From NCBI GenBank assembly GCA_944330115.1, contig CALVIN010000005.1, forward strand, positions 41,542 to 105,541: a stretch of 64,000 nt of DNA, read 5' to 3'. The position numbers were made by a program, and so were the translations under genes. Under the pieces are notes generated by a model. The model ran no database searches and had not been told where the DNA came from. It saw nothing but the letters and a program-made list of their open reading frames with translations. This stretch comes from an uncultured Clostridia bacterium. Lineage in GTDB: Bacteria > Bacillota > Clostridia > Christensenellales > Borkfalkiaceae. Every line of letters starts with the position of its first letter. The stretch's first letter is position 1. Of the stretch, positions 9,983 through 18,977 are shown in pieces.

Positions 9983-10177
9983 GTATTACCTCTTTACGCG
10001 CCCGCCTATCGGCCTTGAAGATGCGAGCAAGACAAGGCACGATCAACGCGGAGCATAAACTTCAGAGAAGCGAGCAGAACGCGGCGCGCGAGGAAAACCT
10101 GAGGGAGTTTACTGAAGCGTAAATGACCGAAGGTTGCCGCAGCGCAACAAAGTTATGCGACGCTTATATGAAGTTTA

Positions 10178-12304
10178 TTACAAGTGGAGGACGCGTGCTT
10201 TAATTTCCTTCGTCTTCCCCACATTCCAGAAGTTTTCGCCGAGATATCCGCAGGTGCGGCGCGTTACGTTCATCTTGCGCTGGTCCTTGTTGTGGCAGAT
10301 GGGGCACTCCCACTCGTAATTATCGTTTATCATTATTTCGCCGTCGTAGCCGCATACCTGGCAATAGTCGGACTTGGTGTTGAACTCGGCGTACTGGATA
10401 TTGTCGTATATGAATTTTACGACGTCCTCCATTGCGGCGAGGTTGTTGCGCATGTTGGGTATCTCCACATAGGAGATGGCGCCGCCCGAAGAGATCTTCT
10501 GGAACTGGCTTTCGAACTCGAACTTGTGGAATGCGTCGATATGTTCGCGCACGTCGACGTGGTAGGAGTTGGTGTAGTAGCCCTTATCGGTGACGTCCTT
10601 TATGGTGCCGAAGCGCTCCTTATCGATGCGGGCGAAGCGGTAGCACAGGCTCTCTGCGGGGGTGCCGTAGAGCGCGAAGCCGATGTTGGTCTGCTCCTTC
10701 CACTTGTCGCAGTGATCGCGCAGGCAATGCATTACTTTGAGCGCGAACTCCTGGCCCTTGGGCGTGGTGTGCGACTCGCCCGTCATCAGTTTGGTCACTT
10801 CATACAGGCCTATATAGCCGAGCGAGATCGACGAATAGCCGCCGAAGAGGTATTTATCTATCTTTTCGCCCTTATCGAGGCGGGCGATGGCGCCGTACTG
10901 CCAATGTATGGGCGATACATCGGACGAGACGCCCATGAGCGCATTGTGGCGCACCATGAGTGCATCAAAGCACAGCTGCAGCCTCTCTTCCATGAGATCC
11001 CAGAACTTCTTTTCATCGCCCCTTGCAAGTATGCCTATCTGGGGAAGGTTTATGGATACGACGCCCTGGTTGAAGCGGCCTTCGAACTTGTAGTTGCCGT
11101 TTTCGTCCTTCCAGGGTGCGAGGAAGGAGCGGCAGCCCATGGGTGAGAATACGTTGCCCTCGTAATTTTCGCGCATCTTCTTTGCCGAGATATAGTCGGG
11201 ATAGAGGCGCTTTGAAGAGCACTTTACCGCAAGCTTGGTGAGGTAGTCGTACTTGCCGCCCTTTAAGCAGTTGTTTTCGTCGAGCACGTACACGAGCTTG
11301 GGGAACGCGGGGGTGACGTATACGCCCACCTCGTTCTTGATGCCCTGGTAGCGCTGGCGGAGTATCTCCTCTATTATCATGGCGTTCTCTTCGATGTAGG
11401 GATCGTCGGGCTTTAAATAGAGGAACAAGGTGACGAACGGCGACTGACCGTTGGTAGTCATTAAGGTGTTTATCTGGTACTGTATGGTCTGAACGCCGGC
11501 CTTTAACTCGTCTTTAAGGCGCATGGCGACTATCTTGTCCTTCTCTTCCTGGCTTATCTCGTCGCCGAACTGCTCGTTGCACTGCTTCATGTACTTCTCT
11601 TTAGTGCGGCGAAGGTATTTGCCGAGATGGGCCATGTTCACAGACTGGCCGCCGTACTGCGAGGACGCGACGGAGGCGATTATCTGCGTTACCACCGTGC
11701 ACGCAACCTGGAAGGACTTGGGGCTTTCGATCATCTTGCCGTTCATTACCGTGCCGTTATCGAGCATATCCTCGATATTTATAAGGCAGCAGTTGAATAT
11801 GGGCTGAAGGAAATAGTCGGCGTCGTGGAAGTGGATGGCGCCCTCGTCGTGTGCCTTGGAGATATATTCGGGCAAAAGGATCCTGCGGGTGAGGTCCTTT
11901 GAAACTTCGCCCGCGATGAGGTCGCGCTGGGTGGACGCCGTGCGGGCGTTTTTGTTGGAGTTCTCCTCCATTACGTCCTTGTTGGCGTTGCGTATGAGCG
12001 AAAGTATGCTCTCGTCGGTGGTGTTGGCCTTTCTTACGAGCGCCCTTTCATAGCGGTATATGATGTAGGACTTCATGAGCTCGTACTTCTGCAGCTCCAT
12101 GAGCTTCTCCTCCACCATATCCTGGATATCTTCGACCAAAAGGCGCGCTCTGTGGCGGGACGATATGTCGTCGACGATGGCGGTTATCTGCTCATCGGTT
12201 ATCCTGTCTTCGGGATCTACCGACGCATTTGCCTTTTGTATGGCGACGGCTATCTTGTTGCCGTCGAAATCGCACGTTGTGCCGTCTCTCTTTATAACTT
12301 TCAT
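10178..12304 (-). CDS. nrdD: Anaerobic ribonucleoside-triphosphate reductase
   Basis: ATP-cone N-terminus (MKVIKRDGTTCDFDGNKI), C-terminal Zn ribbon CQVCGY...CPICH and glycyl-radical tail RRTCGYLG. The start is ATG 12304, preceded by GAGGAGG. Confidence 0.95.
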   Translation of the reverse strand: MKVIKRDGTTCDFDGNKIAVAIQKANASVDPEDRITDEQITAIVDDISSRHRARLLVEDIQDMVEEKLMELQKYELMKSYIIYRYERALVRKANTTDESILSLIRNANKDVMEENSNKNARTASTQRDLIAGEVSKDLTRRILLPEYISKAHDEGAIHFHDADYFLQPIFNCCLINIEDMLDNGTVMNGKMIESPKSFQVACTVVTQIIASVASSQYGGQSVNMAHLGKYLRRTKEKYMKQCNEQFGDEISQEEKDKIVAMRLKDELKAGVQTIQYQINTLMTTNGQSPFVTLFLYLKPDDPYIEENAMIIEEILRQRYQGIKNEVGVYVTPAFPKLVYVLDENNCLKGGKYDYLTKLAVKCSSKRLYPDYISAKKMRENYEGNVFSPMGCRSFLAPWKDENGNYKFEGRFNQGVVSINLPQIGILARGDEKKFWDLMEERLQLCFDALMVRHNALMGVSSDVSPIHWQYGAIARLDKGEKIDKYLFGGYSSISLGYIGLYEVTKLMTGESHTTPKGQEFALKVMHCLRDHCDKWKEQTNIGFALYGTPAESLCYRFARIDKERFGTIKDVTDKGYYTNSYHVDVREHIDAFHKFEFESQFQKISSGGAISYVEIPNMRNNLAAMEDVVKFIYDNIQYAEFNTKSDYCQVCGYDGEIMINDNYEWECPICHNKDQRKMNVTRRTCGYLGENFWNVGKTKEIKARVLHL

Positions 12305-12436
12305 GTAACTCCTCCTCAAGTGGCGCGCATTGCCGCGCAGAACAGAACTTATACTATATTTGCCAACGCTTTTGCGGCTTTCGGCCGCGAAGTTTAAAGA
12401 TATTTCCCCTTATCTTTGGCGAACACCTATATCATA

Positions 12437-12452
12437 CCACACATATTGTGCT
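12437..12452. promoter_or_regulatory. NrdR box 1 (overlaps the putative nrdD promoter)
   Basis: CCACACATATTGTGCT resembles the NrdR palindrome consensus (acaCwAtATaTwGtgt). On the minus strand a TTGACA (12460-12455) and TATGAT (12436-12431) flank it. Confidence 0.6.
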
Positions 12453-12465
12453 TTGTCAATACTAA

Positions 12466-12483
12466 AAACACAATATCTTGTAT
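12466..12483. promoter_or_regulatory. NrdR box 2
   Basis: AAACACAATATCTTGTAT. Its centre is about 30-31 bp from box 1, about three helical turns, as is typical for tandem NrdR boxes. Confidence 0.55.
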
Positions 12484-12970
12484 AATAATTTGTTATATAT
12501 GCCGCAGGGCGGGCACAGCGGAACGCATGCCATAGCAAAAAATACGGCGCGCCGGCAATATTTTTTTGTGCCGCGGCGCGGCGCGATATACGCAAAACAG
12601 ACACTTTTTTGGCAGTTTTTGCGCATTCGGGCGCCATTTTGGCATATGCCGCCCCTCGCCGCACAGTACTATCAAGTATATAACAGATATAGTGCGCTGT
12701 CAAGCGGAGCACCACAATATGTTGTATGTTATTTTATTTCAATGTGCAACCTGCCACAAAGCCGCCGTTTTGGCGCAAATATCGCCGGCAGGCGGGCGGT
12801 GTTGATAAACAGGCGGGCAATGTTGAAAACTTTTTACAATACCGCCCAGCCGCGGGGGCGTGCGGCGTGAAAAAAACTTACAGCGCGTACAAAGGGCGGG
12901 CGCAACACATGCAAAGGGCGGGCACCCCGAAAACGGAGCCCCGCCGAAATTTTACGCAATTTAAACAATA

Positions 12971-13414
12971 TTATATATAATTTGCCAGCGCGGAGATATC
13001 CAGCTTCCACTCCGACACGCGGTTGCGGCGGGCGTGCGCCTCGTTGGCCTCGCCGAGAGCTTTGCGGTATTCGCCATAGCTGCAGCCGTTGACCTGCATG
13101 AAGTGGTCCTCGGCGGCGCGCACGTTGCCCTTGAGCTGCGTGCGGCCGATGTGAATGACGGCGTGGCAGGCGGGGCACACGGCGATTATTGCCTTTAAGC
13201 GCTGCACGCAGTTCTTTTCGTCATACTCCCACTGCTCGTGCGCCTCCAGCCTGCTTGAGGGCGCGCCGCATATCATGCACTTCCCGCCCGCGCGGGCATA
13301 CACCTTTTTGCGCACGGCGTCCCACTGCGCCTTTGTGAGCAGGCTGCGAAGGTTTGAATACCAGCAGCTGTCCGGCACGAGCTCGAAATTTAATTTTAAT
13401 TTTTTATTTTCCAT
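12971..13414 (-). CDS. HNH-like zinc-finger nuclease-family protein
   Basis: GGKCMICGAPSSRLEAHEQWEYD...VCPACHAVIHIG shows CxxC...H...CxxCH spacing. The first ~10 codons (MENKKLKLNFE) are encoded by the A/T tract. Confidence 0.5.
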   Translation of the reverse strand: MENKKLKLNFELVPDSCWYSNLRSLLTKAQWDAVRKKVYARAGGKCMICGAPSSRLEAHEQWEYDEKNCVQRLKAIIAVCPACHAVIHIGRTQLKGNVRAAEDHFMQVNGCSYGEYRKALGEANEAHARRNRVSEWKLDISALANYI

Positions 13415-13570
13415 AAATTTATTTTTATTTTTTATAAAAATACAATTTTAATTTGATTTTTTTAATTGAATTTTTATACGATTTCAGTTCAATCGATTGA
13501 ACTTATTTTTATTTTATTTTCCGCAAAAAATTAAAAATAAAATAAATTTTAATTAAATATTTTAATTTAA
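13386..13570. repeat. A/T-rich tract between the glpK 3' end and the HNH gene start, with an internal palindrome TTCAATCGATTGAA
   Basis: About 185 bp, overwhelmingly A/T, reaching into the last codons of glpK and the first codons of the HNH gene. Confidence 0.85.
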
Positions 13571-15046
13571 GCGCGAGCGGCGCACGGCGCGTTGCCAGCC
13601 CGAAATGAGGCGAGAGCGCTCGCCCTCCTCCATCGAGGGGGAAAATACCCTGTCTACCTGCATGTTGCCGCGCAGCTCGTCGAGCCCCTTCCAGAAGCCG
13701 GAGGAGAGCCCCGCGATATACGCCGCGCCCAGCGAGGTCACCTCGGTTATGGCGGGGCGCACCACCTCGCAGCCGGAGATATTTGCCTGGAAGTCCATCA
13801 AAAAGTTGTTGGCGCTTGCGCCGCCGTCTACGGCGAGGTGTGAAAGGGTTACGCCCGAGGCGCTCTCCATGGCGCGGAGGACGTCGTTTACGCGGTAGGC
13901 TATGCCCTCGAGCACGGCGCGCACGACGTGCTCCTTTTTTGCGCCGCGCGTAATTCCGCTGAGTATGCCGCACGCCGAGCCGTCCCAATAGGGCGCGCCC
14001 AGCCCGTTGAAGGCGGGCACGAAGTACATGCCGGCGCTGTCCTTCACCCTTTCGGCGAGTTCCTCCGTTTCGGCGGCCGAGGATATGAGCCCCAGTCCGT
14101 CGCGCAGCCACTGCACGGCCGCGCCGCCTATGAATACCGAGCCCTCGAGCGCATACGAGGGCCTGCCATCCACGCACGCGGCGAGGGTGGTGAGCAGCCC
14201 GTTTTGCGTGCACGCCCTGCCGCCCGCGTTCATGAGGAGAAAGCAGCCCGTGCCGTAGGTGTTCTTTGCGTCGCCCTCGTTTACGCACAGGTGGCCGAAG
14301 AGCGCCGCCTGCTGGTCGCCCGCAACGCCGCGTATGGGGATACTTCCGCCGAAAAAGCTGTTTTGCGTTACGCCGAAGTCGCCGCCGCACGCCTGAACTT
14401 CGGGCAGCATGCAGCGCGGCACGCCGAACAGCTTTAACAGCTCGCCGTCCCATTCAAGCGCGTGTATGTTGAACAGCATGGTGCGCGAGGCGTTTGTATA
14501 GTCGGTGGCGAACACCTTGCCGCCCGTGAGCCGCCATATAAGGTATGTATCCACAGTGCCGAACAGCAGCTCGCCCCGCTCCGCCCGCTCGCGCGCGCCG
14601 GGAACATTGTTTAATATCCACTCCAGCTTTGTTGCAGAAAAGTAGGGGTCGGGTATGAGGCCCGTCTTTTGGCGTATCATATCCGAGAAACCGAGCTCTT
14701 CGAGCTGACGGCAGCGCTCCGCCGTGCGGCGGCACTGCCACACTATGGCGTTGCACACCGGTCTGCCCGTGGCGCGCTCCCACACTATGGCCGTTTCGCG
14801 CTGGTTGGTGATGCCTATCGCGGCGATATCGGCGGCGGTTGCGCCCGCAAGCTCCATGGCCTTTTGCACGGCGCGCTGCGAGGAGAAGAACAGCTCCTCG
14901 GGATCGTGCTCTACGAGCCCCGGGGCGGGGTAGAACTGCTCTACCTCGCGCCCGTATGACGAAATTGCCGCGCCAGACTTATCGAAGAGCACGGCGCGCG
15001 TGCTCGTAGTGCCCTGGTCGAGGGCGATAACATACTTTGTCATCAT
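13562..15046 (-). CDS. glpK: Glycerol kinase
   Basis: YVIALDQGTTSTRAVLF...GITNQRET...AGDQQAALFG...LAVDGGAS are FGGY kinase hallmarks. Confidence 0.95.
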   Translation of the reverse strand: MMTKYVIALDQGTTSTRAVLFDKSGAAISSYGREVEQFYPAPGLVEHDPEELFFSSQRAVQKAMELAGATAADIAAIGITNQRETAIVWERATGRPVCNAIVWQCRRTAERCRQLEELGFSDMIRQKTGLIPDPYFSATKLEWILNNVPGARERAERGELLFGTVDTYLIWRLTGGKVFATDYTNASRTMLFNIHALEWDGELLKLFGVPRCMLPEVQACGGDFGVTQNSFFGGSIPIRGVAGDQQAALFGHLCVNEGDAKNTYGTGCFLLMNAGGRACTQNGLLTTLAACVDGRPSYALEGSVFIGGAAVQWLRDGLGLISSAAETEELAERVKDSAGMYFVPAFNGLGAPYWDGSACGILSGITRGAKKEHVVRAVLEGIAYRVNDVLRAMESASGVTLSHLAVDGGASANNFLMDFQANISGCEVVRPAITEVTSLGAAYIAGLSSGFWKGLDELRGNMQVDRVFSPSMEEGERSRLISGWQRAVRRSRLN

Positions 15047-15089
15047 TCACCTGCTGTTTTTTTGCGCAGAAAGTTTTACCTGCCCGCGC

Positions 15090-15175
15090 AAAAAATAAAT
15101 TTAAAATAAAAAATAAAATAATTTAATTAAAATTTAATTTAATTAAAAATTGATTTTTTATTTTATATAATATAC
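15090..15175. repeat. A/T-only tract at the 3' end of the nitroreductase gene
   Basis: aaaaaataaatttaaaataaaaaataaaataatttaattaaaatttaatttaattaaaaattgatttttta overlaps the stop codon region. Confidence 0.85.
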
Positions 15176-15676
15176 GAATTTTTCCTTGCGGGGCTTGGGC
15201 TCGCGCTCTTCGGCGGCGTAGCCTATCACGCAGTTGCCTATGCCCTCGTAGTCGCCCTCTACGCCGAGGTCCTTTAAAAGGTTTTTGCCCTCATCGGTAT
15301 TAAAGGTCTCCTTGGCGCGATGTATCCAGCAGCTGCCCAGTCCCAGCGCGTGCGCGGCGTTGAGCATGTTGCCCATAACTAACGAGCCGTCGTATATATA
15401 GGTGTTGGCGCTTCTGTCGGCGAGCACCACCAAAACTGCGGGCGCGCCGTAGAAGGGATCGCCCTCCCTGCCCATAATTTGCGCGTTTATGGCGGAGAGC
15501 CTGTCGCGCACCTCCTTATTGGTCACCGCCAAAATTATGCAGGGCTGCCTGCCCATGCCGCTTGCGGCATACTCGCCCGCCTCTATCACTTCGTTCATAA
15601 GCTCCTCGGGGACGGGGTCGGGCCTGTACTTTTTGATGCTTCTGCGCGTTATCATATTTTCGACTATGGCGTTCAT
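15158..15676 (-). CDS. Nitroreductase family protein
   Basis: MNAIVENMITRRSIKKYRPDPVP...RQPC...HALGLGSCWI. The start is ATG 15676 with an AGGAGA SD; the track ORF begins 26 codons upstream. Confidence 0.8.
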   Translation of the reverse strand: MNAIVENMITRRSIKKYRPDPVPEELMNEVIEAGEYAASGMGRQPCIILAVTNKEVRDRLSAINAQIMGREGDPFYGAPAVLVVLADRSANTYIYDGSLVMGNMLNAAHALGLGSCWIHRAKETFNTDEGKNLLKDLGVEGDYEGIGNCVIGYAAEEREPKPRKEKFVYYIK

Positions 15677-15972
15677 ATATACATCTCCTGTATTTGTTTT
15701 TAATACATTATAGCACATTCCGCCGCAAATGCAAGCCCCTTTAAAAACATACACATTTACAAAATATTAACGATTTGCAAATTAAATTTTAACGGGCGGG
15801 CTATAATATGCATATGTAACAGGAAACATGGGCGCAAATGGGCGCAAGGGGGCGACATGCGCCGCCCGAAAGTGCGACAGATATAAAAAATAGTTTATAG
15901 CGCGTTTATAAAAACTTTATAAACATTTAACAAATGCGGCGTATAGTAAATACAGATACAAGGAGAACGTTT

Positions 15973-16641
15973 ATGGAAAATTCGGCTGTACTGCCCGCCG
16001 AAACTGTGGAGGAAAAGGGCAAGAAAAAGGCGCTCACCATATTCGGCTATGACGTGCGCTATTTTATTATCGGCATGATAATATTTTCCTTTTTTGGCTT
16101 CTGCGCCGAAAATGCTGGCAGAATGGTGACAAAACACATATTCGACTGCCGCCACCAGCTGCTGCCCTTTTTGTTTGCCTACGGCATTGCGCTGCTTGCC
16201 GTATACATACTTATGGGCACGCCCAACGAGCTGAGGTTTTTTAACATACGCATATTCAAAAAGAAGTCGCTCAAAACAAAGATACTTTCGCACATAATTT
16301 ACTTTGCCGTGATATTCGCCTTTATTATGATAGGCGAGATAGCCGTGGGCATGATATACGAAAAGTGCGCGGGCGTGATACTTTGGGACTACAGCGACAT
16401 ACCCACCCACATAACGCGCTACACATCGGGGATAACCACCCTTTTGTACGGCGGGGGCGTGTATGCCCTGATGGCGTTTGCCTTTGAGCCGATGATGAGG
16501 CTTATATCCAAGATGGGCACCAAGGCCGCCACCGTTATCGACTGCACACTGGGCGTTGCGATAGTTTTGGACTTTATTATTATGATAGTCGTAACCTTTG
16601 CCACGGGCAGCGCGCCTGATTATTGGAGCGTGGCGTGGTAA
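15973..16641 (+). CDS. Polytopic membrane protein (DUF1113 / 'ABC-transporter type IV'-like)
   Basis: Several TM segments and a VILWDYSDIP motif. ATG 15973 is preceded by AAGGAGA. Confidence 0.55.
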   Translation: MENSAVLPAETVEEKGKKKALTIFGYDVRYFIIGMIIFSFFGFCAENAGRMVTKHIFDCRHQLLPFLFAYGIALLAVYILMGTPNELRFFNIRIFKKKSLKTKILSHIIYFAVIFAFIMIGEIAVGMIYEKCAGVILWDYSDIPTHITRYTSGITTLLYGGGVYALMAFAFEPMMRLISKMGTKAATVIDCTLGVAIVLDFIIMIVVTFATGSAPDYWSVAW

Positions 16642-16660
16642 AAAGCCGCACGGACGCCTG

Positions 16661-16794
16661 AAATTAAAATTAAAAAATAATTAAAAAATAATTAAAAAAT
16701 AATTAAAAAATAATTAAATAAAAATTAAAATACATAATTTAATTAAATAATTTAATTGCAATTTAAATCAATTTTATTTTTTAAAACGCCGCTT
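16661..16794. repeat. A/T-only tract between convergent genes; 11-bp unit aaaaaataatt x4
   Basis: gaaattaaaattaaaaaataattaaaaaataattaaaaaataattaaaaaataattaaataaaaattaaaa... Confidence 0.9.
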
Positions 16795-16857
16795 TTGCGG
16801 CGAAAAGCTCAACCACGGTTTGCTCATACCGTTTCTCTCCTTTTGCTTTTTAAAGTA

Positions 16858-16891
16858 ATATGCCGCGCGCAAAATTTTGCGCGCGGCATAT
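16858..16891 (-). terminator. Perfect 34-bp palindrome after the GH4 gene
   Basis: ATATGCCGCGCGCAAAATTTTGCGCGCGGCATAT, flanked by T/A runs. Confidence 0.6.
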
Positions 16892-16912
16892 TGCGTTATT
16901 TAAAAAAACAAT

Positions 16913-18307
16913 TTAAAGTACGGAGAGATCATAAAAATCGTCGAGATAGGCGCGCGTGTTTATGCACATCTCCTTGAACAGCGCGTAGCTTTGGTCCATC
17001 GAGAGGCCGTCGCACAGCGCCTGATTGCAGAAGGAGAGATAAATTTTGTTTAAATCGCGCTCCTTTATGCCCTCGTAGCACACCTCGATATTTGTTGAGG
17101 CGCGCTGCACTAAATTTAATACGGCCTTGGGCAGCGGGTTGGCGGCGACAGGCTTTACCTGCCCGTTTGAAAATACGCAGTTTGTTTCTACCACGGCGCC
17201 ACGGGGAAGCTGCGGCATCTGCCCTAAATTGGGCATATTTACGTTTGACACCACCGTTTCGAAGCCCATTATTGCCTTCATCAGCTCCACCGCCTCCTCG
17301 GGCGATTTTTTTACGGGGAAGGGCCTGCGGCCTTCGGCCATTTCAACAGTTTCGGCGACGCGCTCGGCCTGCTGCCTCTCGCGATAGTCCACCGTGGTGA
17401 GGTTGAACAGCCAGCTCTTCACCGTTTGCGGGTCCTTTAAATACCAGCCGCGCGGCATGAACTCGGCAAGGTGCCTGTCGCCCGCGGCGGCGAGCGCCCC
17501 GAACTTGTTGAACATATCCATCTTTACCTTGTTGCCGTAGCAGAACGGGTCGGTTTTAAAGTCGAAGCGGCCGTGCCCCTCCTGCTCGCAATAGCCATCG
17601 TCATAGAACCTCTTTTCAAACTCGGGTATGAGCGCCAAAAGGTCGATATCCTTATACCGCGCCTCGGTTATCCAAGTGAAGTGGTTTACGCCGCAGGCGT
17701 CGGTGTAAATCTGGCTGCGGTGCACGTCAAGCCCCATTATCTCCTTTAATGCGCAGCACAAAAATTCCTGCGCGTGGAACACCTCGTGGCAGCAGCCGAA
17801 GGCCTTTATGCCGTGGAACACGTCGTACAGCGTCTTTACGCATATGCTCATGGGGTTGGTGAAGTTTATCACCCACGCATTCGGGCATATCTCCATTATC
17901 TTTTTGGCGAAGCCCTCGTATATGGGCACGGTGCGCATCGCGCGCAGCACGCCGCCGGGGCCGGCCGTATCGCCCACCGACTGCCACACTCCGTATTTTT
18001 CGGGCGCGTGCACGTCGCTGCGCATCTCCTTGAAGGTGCCGGGCAGAATGGATATCACCACAAAGTCGGCGCCCGAGAGCGCGCCCTCGATATCTTTATA
18101 CACGACATAGTCGAACTTTGACTTTGCTGCGGGGTCGGCGTTTATATGGCCGCCTATGGCCGCATTGCGCTGCGCGGCGGGGATATCAATGTCATACAGC
18201 GCTATCTCGCCGCCCAGTCCCTCGGCCACGGCCAGGTCCGACATGAACACCCTCGCCCACATCTTTGAGCCGCCGCCTATATAGGCTATCTTTATCTTCT
18301 TCATCAT
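16913..18307 (-). CDS. Glycoside hydrolase family 4 (NAD+/Mn2+-dependent alpha-glucosidase/galactosidase type)
   Basis: KIAYIGGGSKMW Rossmann N-terminus, NFTNPM and GCCHEVF motifs. Confidence 0.85.
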   Translation of the reverse strand: MMKKIKIAYIGGGSKMWARVFMSDLAVAEGLGGEIALYDIDIPAAQRNAAIGGHINADPAAKSKFDYVVYKDIEGALSGADFVVISILPGTFKEMRSDVHAPEKYGVWQSVGDTAGPGGVLRAMRTVPIYEGFAKKIMEICPNAWVINFTNPMSICVKTLYDVFHGIKAFGCCHEVFHAQEFLCCALKEIMGLDVHRSQIYTDACGVNHFTWITEARYKDIDLLALIPEFEKRFYDDGYCEQEGHGRFDFKTDPFCYGNKVKMDMFNKFGALAAAGDRHLAEFMPRGWYLKDPQTVKSWLFNLTTVDYRERQQAERVAETVEMAEGRRPFPVKKSPEEAVELMKAIMGFETVVSNVNMPNLGQMPQLPRGAVVETNCVFSNGQVKPVAANPLPKAVLNLVQRASTNIEVCYEGIKERDLNKIYLSFCNQALCDGLSMDQSYALFKEMCINTRAYLDDFYDLSVL

Positions 18308-18388
18308 TTACCCCTTGAATTTTATTTTATAAGCGCCCTTAAAATGGCGTTGGTTGCGGCATATTGCCGCGTCAATTTGCATTTTGCC

Positions 18389-18850
18389 TCACCTTCTGCC
18401 CTGCAAAAAGGCGAGCACTTCGGCGGGGTTTTTATCGGGAGATACGCCCGCCTTGGCGTAGGTTATTATGCCGTCTTCAATTACGAAAGTGGTGCGTATG
18501 GTGCCCACCGTAACTTTGCCATACAGCTTTTTTTCGCCTATGGCGCCGTAGGCGTTATGCGCCGCCCTTTCGGGATCGGACAGGAGGATGAATGGAAGAG
18601 AGTTTTTCTCTTTGAACCTTGCGTGCGAGGCGGGCGAATCTTTGCTTACGCCGACGACCTCGGCGCCCAGCGCTTTAAGCTGCGGATATAGCGCGCCGAA
18701 GGCGCACGCCTGGCGGGTGCAGCCGGGAGTGCTGTCTTTGGGATAGAAGTATAGCACGAGCGTTTTGCCCGCGAAGTCTGAAAGGGTGTATATCTTGCCG
18801 CTCTCGTCCGAGAGGGCAAAATCGGGGGCCGTTTGGCCGATAGCAAGCAT
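18389..18850 (-). CDS. bcp: Thioredoxin-dependent thiol peroxidase (Bcp-type peroxiredoxin)
   Basis: GQTAPDFAL...LVLYFYPKDSTPGCTRQAC. The start is ATG 18850 with an AAGGAGG SD. Confidence 0.85.
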   Translation of the reverse strand: MLAIGQTAPDFALSDESGKIYTLSDFAGKTLVLYFYPKDSTPGCTRQACAFGALYPQLKALGAEVVGVSKDSPASHARFKEKNSLPFILLSDPERAAHNAYGAIGEKKLYGKVTVGTIRTTFVIEDGIITYAKAGVSPDKNPAEVLAFLQGRR

Positions 18851-18977
18851 ATATGCCGCCTCCTTTTTTAATTTTACAAAATAATTATACACCGTGCGGC
18901 GCGCCCTGTCAACAGCGGCGCGCCGCAAAACCCCTCCCCGCAGGACGTCCTGCGGGGAGGGGTTAACCAAAATTGAT

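Noticed and set aside
9853-10122. 89-aa ORF in the nrdD-nrdG spacer; similar ORFs at 27502-27909, 35174-35374 and 61372-61575
   Set aside because: They are read through copies of the GC-rich repeat family (a shared ...EVQRS.TEGFH... peptide arises from the repeat itself). They lack an SD and vary in frame and length between copies.
13509-14453. 314-aa Arg-rich ORF; similar long ORFs at 37804-38673, 57007-58566 (519 aa), 60328-61113, 32597-33313, 34281-35057, 41739-42701 and 42268-43584
   Set aside because: All overlap well-supported genes (glpK, cdsA, radical SAM, rng, thiT, Gfo/Idh/MocA, tsf, rpsB), either antisense or in another frame. They have the Arg/Ala/Gly-rich composition typical of shadow frames in GC-rich coding DNA.
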